Source: Ascoidea asiatica JCM 7603
Lineage: Eukaryota; Fungi; Ascomycota
Reading direction: 5' to 3'
Assembly: GCA_001600695.1 (NCBI GenBank)
Contig: BCKQ01000007.1
Location: 378,713 to 442,712 of the forward strand
Length of the DNA: 64,000 nt
Within the stretch, counting starts at the first letter, position 1; every line of letters begins with the position of its first letter. The notes below the pieces were generated by a model. It did no database searches, was not told the DNA's origin, and saw nothing but the letters and a program-made list of their open reading frames with translations. A program made the position numbers and the translations under genes. This document shows positions 34,749 to 45,830 of this stretch, in pieces.

Positions 34749-36209
34749 TTTTTCTTGTATTTTCTTGTAAAAATATTTTTCAAACATTCATTAGTTCAAA
34801 AGTAGTAGTACAAAATCAAGATTGAACCCTTTAAAACCATCCATTTATTTTTTATTTCTTTTTAGTGTGATAAATTGAAGTGTAGGGATGAAAAAGTAAA
34901 AAAAACCCTAAAAAAAAGAAAGAAACCACGACTTTCAAATACTTCTTCTGGTTGGAATATAATCGATTGAGTTGGTCGTGAAGCTAAGCCAAATTCTGAG
35001 CCTTTTACGATTGAAGTGTGTACATTAATTGGTGTTTTTTTAACCCGCAATCCACATCAATACCTGTGATTCGTGGAGTGCCCCAAACAAAAAGTACAAA
35101 AAAGTCCCGCGCATAACTGGCACAACGCTAAAGCCAAGAATCCAGGCCAAGAAAAGCGTAACCCGTAATTTCACCTTCCATCAAATCCACGGGTCACCAG
35201 CCACGATACACTAACAGTTTTAGTTCCGGGAAGCCTTTGCGTTTTTCAATCTAGACCCCCAGTTCCGGTCAACTCTTCCTCTCACTTCCGGGAAATTCCT
35301 GATGCAATTGTGTACTTGCCCGATTAGGTGTTCAATGATCTAAAGTGAATATATTCACTTTAGTTATTCTAAGCATTGCTTTCACCAGTACAAATCTGTA
35401 GCTGTGCTAAATATACGGGCTCATCCATCGATATTAAATTTGAAAAAGACCATTTAGTAATTTTATTCAAATAAAATCAAATCAATATATTCAAATACAA
35501 ATTTTAAAGTATCTTTATTGTTTTTTAAGTAAAAGAATTCAATGAACAATGTTCAATCATTAGATTACTTGGCTGTGATCTAAATATCTTATTCGATCTC
35601 TTTGTATGGGCTATTCTTATTCTTCTGCGTTTTTGTAATAATTATACAGTAGTGTTTTGTAGCGTTGGGGAATTTTACTGTAATGTGGTTCCTATCATGC
35701 CATGCATTTTATACACTGATTTAAAAACAAAAGCAATATTTCCAAATTTCACTTTTAATTTCAAATTCTACTTGACTTTTTTGACTTTTTTTTTTCTATT
35801 TTACTGGTTAAATTTGACGATCCGAAAACAGAAACCATATTTTACTATTAGTAGATAATCTAATTATCATAATCTCATATAATATCTTATAATATCTTAT
35901 AATATTATATAATTTTTATATTTATTATCATTAATTATATGTGGCGTATTTTATAAGCTAATTTTTCATTGATTTTTATAATCATTTATTCCATTATCAA
36001 TACTATTTTTTTTTATATAGAATTTTTTACTCTATTGTAATTTGTATCATTTTATTCTAAAATATTTCTTTATCAACTAATAATCATTAATTATATTTTG
36101 TAAATCATTTCATATTACTTTATTTCAATTTCTAAATTTACAAATTATTAGATATTTTATAAAATACCCATTTAATCAATCCTAGATTATAAATTCTATT
36201 ATATATAAA

Positions 36210-37589
36210 ATGTCTACTAATATAGATTCTTATAATCATAATTATTCTCCTATTCAAAATGAAATTTTAAATCATTCAATTATAAATAATGTTCAACTTG
36301 AAAAACAAATGAAAATTCTTCAACATAAAATTCAAATTATTGAAAATGATCAACAACTATTAGAAAAACAAGTTAAAAAAAAATTTGCAGGAATTAAAGA
36401 TACTAATTTATTGTCAATTATTAATTCAAATAATAATAATAATCAAATTATTCAACCTGCTGATTTAAATTTAAAAACTTATTCTTCATTATCTGGTCAT
36501 AATGAAGAAATTCAATGTATTACTTGGGCAAGAGATTCAAAACATCTTTTAACTGCAGATGTAGCTCATAGAATGTTATATTGGGATGCAACTTCTGGTT
36601 TTAAATTATGTATAATGCGTTTAAATCCAACTGAATATACGATGTCTTCTGCGATTTCTCCAGATTCAAGATTAGTTGCTTCTGGTTCTTTAGATAATAA
36701 ATGTTCTGTATTTAGATTACCTGATTTCAATTTTTTATACTCCCATAATGTTTCAAATAATATTAATAATAAAGAACCAAATGGAAACTCTATTCAATTA
36801 AAAAATTTAATGACTCCTTCAATATTAACTGTTTTAAAATTTAAAGATAATCAAGGTTCAATATCTTCTTGTCATTTTATTGATAATAATTCTTTATTAA
36901 ATTCTTCTGCAAAAAAAATATCTCTTTGGGATTTAAATAAAAGTATAGCAAAAGTTGAATATGAAGAAAATATATCTGAAATTTTATCTTTAGAAACAAA
37001 TTTTGAAAATCCGAATCCTTCAAATGAAAATAAAAATTTATTCATTGCAGGTGGTATACGAAGTTCTGTAAGAATATATGATTATAGAATAGAGAATGCA
37101 ATTTTAAAACATAAAATACCTGGAGACAAAGATCCTCATAATCAAAGAAGATTTTATAATGATGTAACTGCTGTTAAATTTTTACCAAATGATAATTATT
37201 ATGCTGTTGGAACTTCAACAAGAGAAGTATATATATATGATTTAAGAGTTGGACCTGTTGAATTACAAAAATTCACAACTCCTGATGAATATAAACCAAG
37301 AAATACAATGAATGATTATAATATAAGTTATGGTGGAAATGGAAGTCCTTCAATACTCACTCTTTCTTCTGATTTCGATGATGATGGAATCATGGATATC
37401 AATTTCAGTAATTCTGGAAGATTAATGTTTACTTCTGTAGATAATATTGGTGGTTTAATCTGGGATATATTCACTGGAAAAGTAATTCAGCAGTTGCCAA
37501 CCACTCGTCATATGAGAATCAGTCCTGATGGTCTTGGTTTAGCTGCAGATACAAATAAAAATGCTGTAAATATTTGGGCTCCATCATAA
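36210..37589 (+). CDS. STE4: G-protein beta subunit (Ste4-like WD40), highly diverged
   Basis: N-terminal coiled coil (LQHKIQ..IKDTNL), LSGH..W.RDSK, AISPDSRLVASGSLDNKC, yeast-specific insert before INFSNSGRLMF, SPDGL..IWAP end. Confidence 0.75.
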   Translation: MSTNIDSYNHNYSPIQNEILNHSIINNVQLEKQMKILQHKIQIIENDQQLLEKQVKKKFAGIKDTNLLSIINSNNNNNQIIQPADLNLKTYSSLSGHNEEIQCITWARDSKHLLTADVAHRMLYWDATSGFKLCIMRLNPTEYTMSSAISPDSRLVASGSLDNKCSVFRLPDFNFLYSHNVSNNINNKEPNGNSIQLKNLMTPSILTVLKFKDNQGSISSCHFIDNNSLLNSSAKKISLWDLNKSIAKVEYEENISEILSLETNFENPNPSNENKNLFIAGGIRSSVRIYDYRIENAILKHKIPGDKDPHNQRRFYNDVTAVKFLPNDNYYAVGTSTREVYIYDLRVGPVELQKFTTPDEYKPRNTMNDYNISYGGNGSPSILTLSSDFDDDGIMDINFSNSGRLMFTSVDNIGGLIWDIFTGKVIQQLPTTRHMRISPDGLGLAADTNKNAVNIWAPS

Positions 37590-37923
37590 TTGTTACCTTA
37601 ATTTTTATTTTTATTTTTATTTTTGTTAACTTTTACTGTTTTTTTATTGTCTGTTGTTCACTAACTTCATTGAGTTTCCTTGTCTTTTTTTTATTATTCA
37701 AAAGTATAATTATTAATCATTTTCTTTTCTTGAAATGCCTGTTTGCTCTTTCTTTCTTTCTTTCAATTTTTTTTCTATTGTTTTCTACATTTTCTTCTTT
37801 TTTTTGAGATTAATTTAGTTTTTACATAGGATATCTACAGTAATTTACTTCCACGAATGTTTTTTTTTTCTTATTTCACGTTAAATCATTTATTGTATGT
37901 ATTTATTTTTTAATTTTTTTTTT

Positions 37924-39312
37924 TCAAATCTTATATTGCTGATAATCCCTTTCTTCTAACTGTCCATTGAAAAATTTTTCTAATTTTGTACAAATTTTAC
38001 TATAATATTGATTTTTTATATTATATGTTCTACAATTTTTAAGAATTAATTTCACATCAGAAACAAATTGTTCAAATTTTTCATAAATTCCATTTTCTAA
38101 TTTTTCTTCCATTGTTGAAAAATCCATTGGTTCTTTAATTATTGAAAAATACCCAGGAGCTTCTTTTTCTGTAACTGGAGCTAAAAATGGTCCAGAAACT
38201 GGATGACTTTGTAATTCTGCTAAAATATCTTCCATATGTTCATAAAATGAACCTTTTTTAGGTTTTTGTGCTAAATTATCCATTTCTAAAGTCCATCCAG
38301 TTTCTTTAAGTCCAGGAATTAACATTGGATCAATTTTTGCATTTGGATTATCTTTAAAGATTTTTAAACCAGGTCTAATAATATTTGAAGAATTTTTATG
38401 ATTCATAGATTTAATTTTTTGTTCAATTGCCATTTTTTGTAATACTAAAATCTTTTGAGAATCAAGATATCTAATTTTTGGAACAATTGTACATTGCATA
38501 AGTTTTACACCTTCATAATTTTTTATATATCCATCCCATAATTTTTTATCTAAAGTAACTTTTTTAGTAAAACCTTGTTTTTGAAAATAACCAACAGCAG
38601 AATTATCAGCACAAGTTAAAATATGTTTAATTTTTGTTCTGGAAGTGATATAATCTTTTAAATGATTCATTAATAAAGCTCCATCACCTCTTCTTTGAGC
38701 TGTAGATGAAACTGCACAAAATGCAATTTCTGCAAAACCTTTTGATTCAAATGGTCTATATGTTATTCCACCAAATACTTCCAATTGTTTTCTTATTAAA
38801 GCTATAGATATATGATTTTTATCGTAAATCAATCTTGATATATATTGAGGAGGCATTTCAGGTAATTGTTTATGAAATACATTTTTAAGACCAGTGATAA
38901 TCTTCAAACTTTCTTCAGAATCATCATTATTTACAACTTTGAATTCTATATCACCTTTTTTTTCTTCAACCACTGCTACTTTTTCATTAAAACTATAAAT
39001 ATTCTTACCAGGAAGTTTTACATTATAAGTAACTGAAATGTTTTGAGGATCATCAGATTTTACTTCTTCTATTTCAATTTTATTATAAAGTGGATTTTTA
39101 TCTAATAATGTATCTTTTTTTTTTAATTCAAGTGATTCACTTAACTTATCTTCTTCTTTATCTTTGATTTTATTACTATCATATTTGAAATCAGATTTTA
39201 TTCCAGTTTTATTTTCTTCATTATTGATTTTTTTTTCAATTTTTAGTTTTTTATTTGAAATTTCTTCATTGATTAATGATTCATCCTCAATTTCTCTTTT
39301 GATATGATGCAT
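37924..39312 (-). CDS. GCN5: Gcn5-like histone acetyltransferase + bromodomain, diverged
   Basis: IEFKVVNND, GLKNVFHKQLPEMP, GGITYRPF, FAEIAFCA, LMNHLKDY, KQGFTK; bromodomain IIKEPMD..NCRTYN. Confidence 0.9.
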   Translation of the reverse strand: MHHIKREIEDESLINEEISNKKLKIEKKINNEENKTGIKSDFKYDSNKIKDKEEDKLSESLELKKKDTLLDKNPLYNKIEIEEVKSDDPQNISVTYNVKLPGKNIYSFNEKVAVVEEKKGDIEFKVVNNDDSEESLKIITGLKNVFHKQLPEMPPQYISRLIYDKNHISIALIRKQLEVFGGITYRPFESKGFAEIAFCAVSSTAQRRGDGALLMNHLKDYITSRTKIKHILTCADNSAVGYFQKQGFTKKVTLDKKLWDGYIKNYEGVKLMQCTIVPKIRYLDSQKILVLQKMAIEQKIKSMNHKNSSNIIRPGLKIFKDNPNAKIDPMLIPGLKETGWTLEMDNLAQKPKKGSFYEHMEDILAELQSHPVSGPFLAPVTEKEAPGYFSIIKEPMDFSTMEEKLENGIYEKFEQFVSDVKLILKNCRTYNIKNQYYSKICTKLEKFFNGQLEERDYQQYKI

Positions 39313-40147
39313 TTACTCTAGACTCAGATTAAACAATCACAGCTACTTAAAAGACTTTTGATAAACAGATTATAATGATTTTATAAAACAACTTGATTCA
39401 AAGCAAATTCAATTCATTTATGAGATTGTTGGCTGACAGTGCTGCTTTTTTATCGTGATTTTGTGACGTTCAAATTCTTTTTTGCAGGCAAATTTTTTTT
39501 TTATATGGCGAAATTTGAAACTCTCTGAGGTTCTGAGAAACTTCACAGCCTTAAAGGATGATTTATTTTTACAAAATTGAGCATTATAAAGAAGAGTGAT
39601 AAATCCATGAAAAGTAAAAAAGAACAAGTATTTCATATAACTTATCAAATGGTTTATATTAGTTATTGATGAAGTCTGAGCAATATAGTGTATATAATAT
39701 AATACAGTGTACAAGACGTTGCTTATATAACTTATATAAACAGACACAAACCAAATTCAAAAAACTAACTACATCTCCATGCCACAAATGAGTAATCAAA
39801 ATAAGTGGAAAATGGAATCGATTGAGATATTATATAAAACTGTAAATAAAAACCATAAAATTAAAAGTCAAATGAAACAAACTAAGAAAACATAAGCCCT
39901 AAAGAAAGTATTGAATTAATAAAGAAAAATAAAGAAAAAAATAAAATATAACAAATCTCAAAAACCCTTAGAATTCTTGAAAAAATATATTAAAACACAA
40001 AGATAAATAAAACAGAAATAAGAAATAACAACTATCATTTAGCTGATTTTAATAATACAAAAAAACTAACCCAATTGAAAAATTTTATAAAGAAAGAAAA
40101 CAAAATTAAAAGAAAAGAAAAAAGATAAAAAGGGATTATTAGTAAAA

Positions 40148-42037
40148 TTACCAATCTTCTACAAACAAACCAACTTTAGCTTTTGGGTCTGGTTTCAGAC
40201 TATCCAATTTATTATCAAGTACATCATTTGCATTATCAGAAGTTGAAATATTTTTATTTAATTCTTTATTTGTATTTACATCTTTTATTTCATTTTCTAA
40301 ATTATTCTCGATAATATTATTAGTTGGAGATTCAACATTTATTGAAGATTCATCTTGGATTGGAATTTTAGGCATAACTAATTCTTTATAATCTTCCAAT
40401 TCTTTTCTTAATTTTGCAGATAATTTATTTTCTTCTAAATCATATTCATTTAGAATTTTTGATTTTTCATTATCTAAAGTAATTTTCAATTCTTTTTCTT
40501 CAATTTTTAAATTTTTTAGAATTAATTGATTTTCATTTAATATTGATTTTTTTTCATCAATTAAATTATTAATTTTTAAATTTTTTTCATTTTTTAAATT
40601 TAAAATTTCTAATTTTTTTGATTTTTTATCATCTTTTTTTTCTTCTTTTAATAGATTTGAAATTCTAATTTGTTCTTGTTTTAATCTTAATTTTTCTTCT
40701 TTAATTAATCTTTGTTCTTCATTATATTGAAAATCTAATTTTTTTTGAGTATTAACTCTTTCATTAATATCATTTAAAATTGGATTAACATTTTTTAAAG
40801 CCATATTATTAATTTCATCATGAGATAAATATAAACCAGCACCAATATCAATTTTATTTTTATTTGGATTTGAATTTCTTTCTTTTGCTAAATCCATTGC
40901 AACTTTAATTGCATGTGCATTTAATTCTGGATTACCAAAAATATAATTAGTTGAATGATCTTTATTAATATTATTAATTCTTTCTTTTGCTAAAATTTCA
41001 GCTTGAATTAAAACAGAATTATTAAGTTTTGAATATTTATAAATATCAGAATTATCTTTTTTAATATTTTTAGTTGCATGAATTGCACTACTTTTAATAT
41101 GATTATCAATATTATCATTAGAGTTTGTTGAAAAATTAGTTTGTAAACCAGTTCTATAATTAGTTTTTGGAGTTGATAATCTTTGATTTAAAGAAACATC
41201 AGCTTTTGAAAGAGCTTTTTGATGTAAAGTATTAATATTATAATTACTACTATCATTGATTATTGATTTGGCATTTGATGTTGAAGTTGAAGAAGATGAT
41301 GAATATGATGAAGATTTATTAAGATTTGAAAAAGATTTAGCAGCATTTAAAGCACCTAAAGAATTTGAAGAAGATGGTTTTTGATTTTTTAATAAATTTT
41401 GATGAATTCTAATTTGATTATTTAAAGATTTAACAGAATTTAATCTTGCTTTAATTGCAGCATTTTCAGCACCATAAAAATAATTTATATTTTCATTTGA
41501 ATTTTCATTATTTATATTTGAATTTGGATCCCATTTAATAGGAATTTTAGTATTATGTTTTGCATTAATTGCAGCAGAAGAAGATAAGAAATTATCAGGA
41601 TCAATTGAATTTATATAATTTGAATTTGAATTTATTGTAGAAGTTGAATTTGTATTTGAATTTCTTACAGCAGAATTTGAAGCATTTGAAGCTTGAATTG
41701 AAGAATTTTTATCAATTTTATATGGTTTAAAATTATTATTTAAATTTTTTGGAATTGAATTAATTGCAGATAAAGCAGCAAAATTTGTACTTTTTTTATC
41801 TGGTAAACCAATTGTTGGTTTATCAGGATTATTATAAATACCATATTTTAAATTTGATTGATAAATTGCAGCTTTTGATAAATTTTTACTATTATTTTTA
41901 TAATTTGGATTATTTATAATTGAAATATTATTATTATTATTATTTGAAGAGACTGAAGATGTTGATGTTGATGATGATATTGGTAATTTTGAAAAATCTA
42001 TTGGATTTAAATTTGAATGTGATTTTAATTCAGACAT
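40148..42037 (-). CDS. EIS1: Eisosome protein Eis1/Ykl050c family
   Basis: LSKAAIYQSNLKYGIY, AALxA repeats, IDIGAGLYLSHDEI..A.KNVNPIL motif, charged coiled coil, GLFVE end. Confidence 0.75.
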   Translation of the reverse strand: MSELKSHSNLNPIDFSKLPISSSTSTSSVSSNNNNNNISIINNPNYKNNSKNLSKAAIYQSNLKYGIYNNPDKPTIGLPDKKSTNFAALSAINSIPKNLNNNFKPYKIDKNSSIQASNASNSAVRNSNTNSTSTINSNSNYINSIDPDNFLSSSAAINAKHNTKIPIKWDPNSNINNENSNENINYFYGAENAAIKARLNSVKSLNNQIRIHQNLLKNQKPSSSNSLGALNAAKSFSNLNKSSSYSSSSSTSTSNAKSIINDSSNYNINTLHQKALSKADVSLNQRLSTPKTNYRTGLQTNFSTNSNDNIDNHIKSSAIHATKNIKKDNSDIYKYSKLNNSVLIQAEILAKERINNINKDHSTNYIFGNPELNAHAIKVAMDLAKERNSNPNKNKIDIGAGLYLSHDEINNMALKNVNPILNDINERVNTQKKLDFQYNEEQRLIKEEKLRLKQEQIRISNLLKEEKKDDKKSKKLEILNLKNEKNLKINNLIDEKKSILNENQLILKNLKIEEKELKITLDNEKSKILNEYDLEENKLSAKLRKELEDYKELVMPKIPIQDESSINVESPTNNIIENNLENEIKDVNTNKELNKNISTSDNANDVLDNKLDSLKPDPKAKVGLFVEDW

Positions 42038-43115
42038 TTTTGAAAATGTTTATTATGATTTATTATTATTGATAGATAAGGATTGATAAGGATCGATAAG
42101 GAATATAAGTAATTTGAATAATTGAATAATTGAATGAATGGGGAACGAATAAAAGAATAAAACCTTTTGATATTTGATTCAAGTTCTTTTTCAAGTAAGT
42201 TATTTGAATACTCAATTGATTAATATAATAAAATAAAATAAAGGAATTGATTTGAATAAAATATAATATAATATATAAATTACTTCAATTCAATAAATAC
42301 TAAATGAGTATTAAATTTGAGTATTAAATTCAAAATATATTTGCTGGATGAGTCTGGAACTGGAGCTGGGAAATGAAACGAGCGAAAGCAACTTCAGTTC
42401 GCAAACACAGGAACACGCGGCTGCGGAAACACATCCAGGCACGGATTATATAGTCATGTGACATTGCTAACGTATGTTACATAACTCGAGTTACGTAACG
42501 TCAAAAAAAAAGGAAAACAACCAGCACCTGGAAAATGACCAAAACGCAGGTGCAACGCAAGTCAAAGGTGTTTACGCAAGTCTGCAGCGCGCAATTTCAT
42601 GACAAGAACCGAGCAATCCGAGCTAGTAAAAAAGGAAATACCCTCGAGCTGCTATTTCCAAAACCGGGAAATGCGGCTGGTGCTATTATTACTGTAACTA
42701 TTATTTTGATTATAATCACTGCACGTGCTGTGTTATTTAATAAAGTCATAAGTCCGCCATTATTTCCTCTTCTGACACACACGCAGCTTCGAAGATTCAC
42801 AAGAAGCAAAAAAATCACTTTTTATTCAAACTCCATCACAAGTGAAAAGCTTTTTAAATCTTCTCACAGGTCAAAAATCCAATTAACCTCTCAAAGTTAT
42901 AAAACTTCATTCAGTTTCTATTAATCTATCTAAGCAAAAAATGAAAAAAAAATGAAAATAATCAAAGATAAATTGAAAATAATTAGCATTTGAAACTTTA
43001 TAGCAAACCACACTGGAAAAAATAAACAAAGAAGAAGAGAACGAAGAAAAAACAAATCATATTTATCAAAATCATGGAGTCAAAAAAATATATTACCAAA
43101 TTAGTTATAGCTAAC

Positions 43116-45023
43116 TTAATTTGAGAAAAAACTTAAAAATTCTTCATCATTTTCATATTCACTTAAAAATGCACCTAAACTACCTAAATAACTTTCATGT
43201 CTTAAAAAATATGCTTTTTTATTACCATTTGACCAAAATTTAATTGCATATGTTAAAGTTCTAATAGTAATTAAATGATTTCTAATATAACTACCTGCAA
43301 AAAATATTTTTTTTAAATTATGTTTTTCTGCTAATAAATATGATATTTGTCCAATATTATTTGAAATTCCAAATAATAATGATTTTGAAATATCTTCTTG
43401 TTTAAATTTACTTAATCTATTGAATTGTGTTAATGATGGATATATATTTTCTTCTTTTCTATGATGTTCATCTTCATCATCATCTTCATCCTCTTCATCA
43501 TCCACTTCTTCGTCTTGTCCTTTATCTATTTCATTATTCATTTTGTTATTTGTATTTGAATATTTATCAAGATTAGATATTGAACTAGATATTGAATTTG
43601 TATCAATATCAAAATCATCAAAATTACTTGTACTATCCGTATTCAAATTTAAGCTCATACTAGTATTCATATTTATACCACTATTCATATTCATATTCAT
43701 ATTCATATTTTTATATTTAATATCATTTCCAATACTTATATCATTATTTATATTCATATTACCTTTTGAATTGTTTTTTTTATTACTTTTTGACATCACC
43801 GGTATATTTTCTTTATTTAAAGTATTAATAGTAGTATTATTTTTATTATCATCATCATTATCATCATTCAATTTACCAGTAACTTTTTTAAAAACTTTAC
43901 CAAAACTTGAAGCAATAGTTGTTGATTTTAAACCAATTTTATTATAATCTGTACCATAAATATCTCCAACTAACATATCAACATTTTCATTATTACCTTC
44001 TGAAGCCATTAATAACATATCATCATAACTTTTTGCATTTGTTAATAATGATAAAAGTCCCCATAATGTACCTCCACCAATTGATGAACCTCCAATTCTA
44101 ATAAATTCAGTTGGTGATGTAACTTTAATCATTGAAACTCCAGATCCTATATTACATAATAAATATGGATAAATTGATTCATTTTCTTCTTCAAGAGAAA
44201 TTTTTTTAAGTTCTTTTAAATTTTTTTCATTAAAAAAACTATTTGCATTTGAATTTAAATTATCATCATAAATAAAAATTTCTTTTGGTATATTATTAAT
44301 TAAAAAATTTAATCCATATATTAAGCATTTCATTTCATCTGCAGCTTTTAAATATGGCTTAAAATCTTTATCTTTATCATTATCATTATCTTTATCTTTA
44401 TCTTTATCATTATCATTATCGTTTTTGATTTCATTGAATTGTTTTAATTGTAATTCTTCACATAATTTATTACTAAATTTTATTGCACCACCACCAGTTG
44501 CAATAACATTAACATTATTATTTATAAATATATTACTATTACTATTACTACTGTCACTGTTATTATCATTTTGATTGTTAACTTGTTGAATTAATTTTTT
44601 TAAATAGTTCACAAAATCATCAATTCTTTCAGTTTCGATTTTATAAAATTTCAATCTACCACCACCATTATTGTTATTATTATTATTTAACTCAATATTC
44701 AAATCAGAATTTGAATTAGAGTTTGAATTGGAACTTGAATTAGAATTTGAATTTGATTGAGTTTTATAAAAATGAACAACTTTAGCTAATGAACCTCCGA
44801 TATCAATAGCAATATGATGAATATTATTAGATTGAAATGGTAAAATTATATCCTTTGGTCTTCTTATTTTAATCTTCTGTTTCAGAATTGATTTACTCTT
44901 GTTTCTTTTTACTTTACTTAAATTGACTCCAGTATTATTAGTGGAATTGTTATTATGATGATCGAGAATATAGGCACCTTGAACATTGAACTCGTGAGTT
45001 TCAGAAGAACTTGAATTAGACAT
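43116..45023 (-). CDS. CAB1: Type II pantothenate kinase with long low-complexity inserts
   Basis: AIDIGGSLAK, ATGGGA, DEMKCLIYGL, YPYLLCNIGSGVS, GGSSIGGGT, SNNIGQI, FLRHESYLG. Confidence 0.95.
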   Translation of the reverse strand: MSNSSSSETHEFNVQGAYILDHHNNNSTNNTGVNLSKVKRNKSKSILKQKIKIRRPKDIILPFQSNNIHHIAIDIGGSLAKVVHFYKTQSNSNSNSSSNSNSNSNSDLNIELNNNNNNNGGGRLKFYKIETERIDDFVNYLKKLIQQVNNQNDNNSDSSNSNSNIFINNNVNVIATGGGAIKFSNKLCEELQLKQFNEIKNDNDNDKDKDKDNDNDKDKDFKPYLKAADEMKCLIYGLNFLINNIPKEIFIYDDNLNSNANSFFNEKNLKELKKISLEEENESIYPYLLCNIGSGVSMIKVTSPTEFIRIGGSSIGGGTLWGLLSLLTNAKSYDDMLLMASEGNNENVDMLVGDIYGTDYNKIGLKSTTIASSFGKVFKKVTGKLNDDNDDDNKNNTTINTLNKENIPVMSKSNKKNNSKGNMNINNDISIGNDIKYKNMNMNMNMNSGINMNTSMSLNLNTDSTSNFDDFDIDTNSISSSISNLDKYSNTNNKMNNEIDKGQDEEVDDEEDEDDDEDEHHRKEENIYPSLTQFNRLSKFKQEDISKSLLFGISNNIGQISYLLAEKHNLKKIFFAGSYIRNHLITIRTLTYAIKFWSNGNKKAYFLRHESYLGSLGAFLSEYENDEEFLSFFSN

Positions 45024-45830
45024 TATTATTACTATTATTATGAATTGAAACAGAGTCTTTATTACTGAATTTGATTATGAAAATGAATATATGATGGAAT
45101 TAAGTTAAAAGGCGAGAGAATTGTCTTTATTTATTTATTTTCTAAAAGTATTTCTAAATGTATTTCTAAATATATTCTTAATTATATCAATCAATGGCAA
45201 ATCACTGGCTTATCTGTAGTCTATGGGAATAAATAAATATCTAACTCAATTGCAGTTCAATGAAAACAAACTATGACTCAAAATCAATCGCTCCTCAAAT
45301 AGAACTCAAACCCAACTGATTCTAACTATCTTAATTTGTTATTTAATTATATATTTATTTGATTATATTTATATATTTATATATTTATTTGATTCTTTCT
45401 TTCTTTGCTGCTCTCATTGCCTTCTCTCTCTCTCTCTCTTCTTTCTTCTCTTTGCCTGGGAACGACCGTTTTCGTCTTGGTCTTCGTTTCGTTTTCCCTG
45501 CCACGGCCCAACACCCACCAATTCCACTTTTGCTTCCTTCGGCCCTGCCTTAAAAACTCACCCACAAAAAACTCGGTTTTGCCTGTTTTTTGATCGTTTC
45601 GATGATGCTGATGGTTTTGATGGTTTTGATGAATTAAAAAGATTAAGAAACTGTCAAATAAACTGCAAATTGCCTACTGAAAAGTTGTTCATTACAAATT
45701 ATTATTCATATTCATTATAGATTATATACATATTGCTTGACATATATGTATATTTATATAGATATAGAGAGATATAGAAATAGAGGTAGAGAAATAGAGA
45801 AGTACTGAAAAAAAATTATGTAATTTCAAA

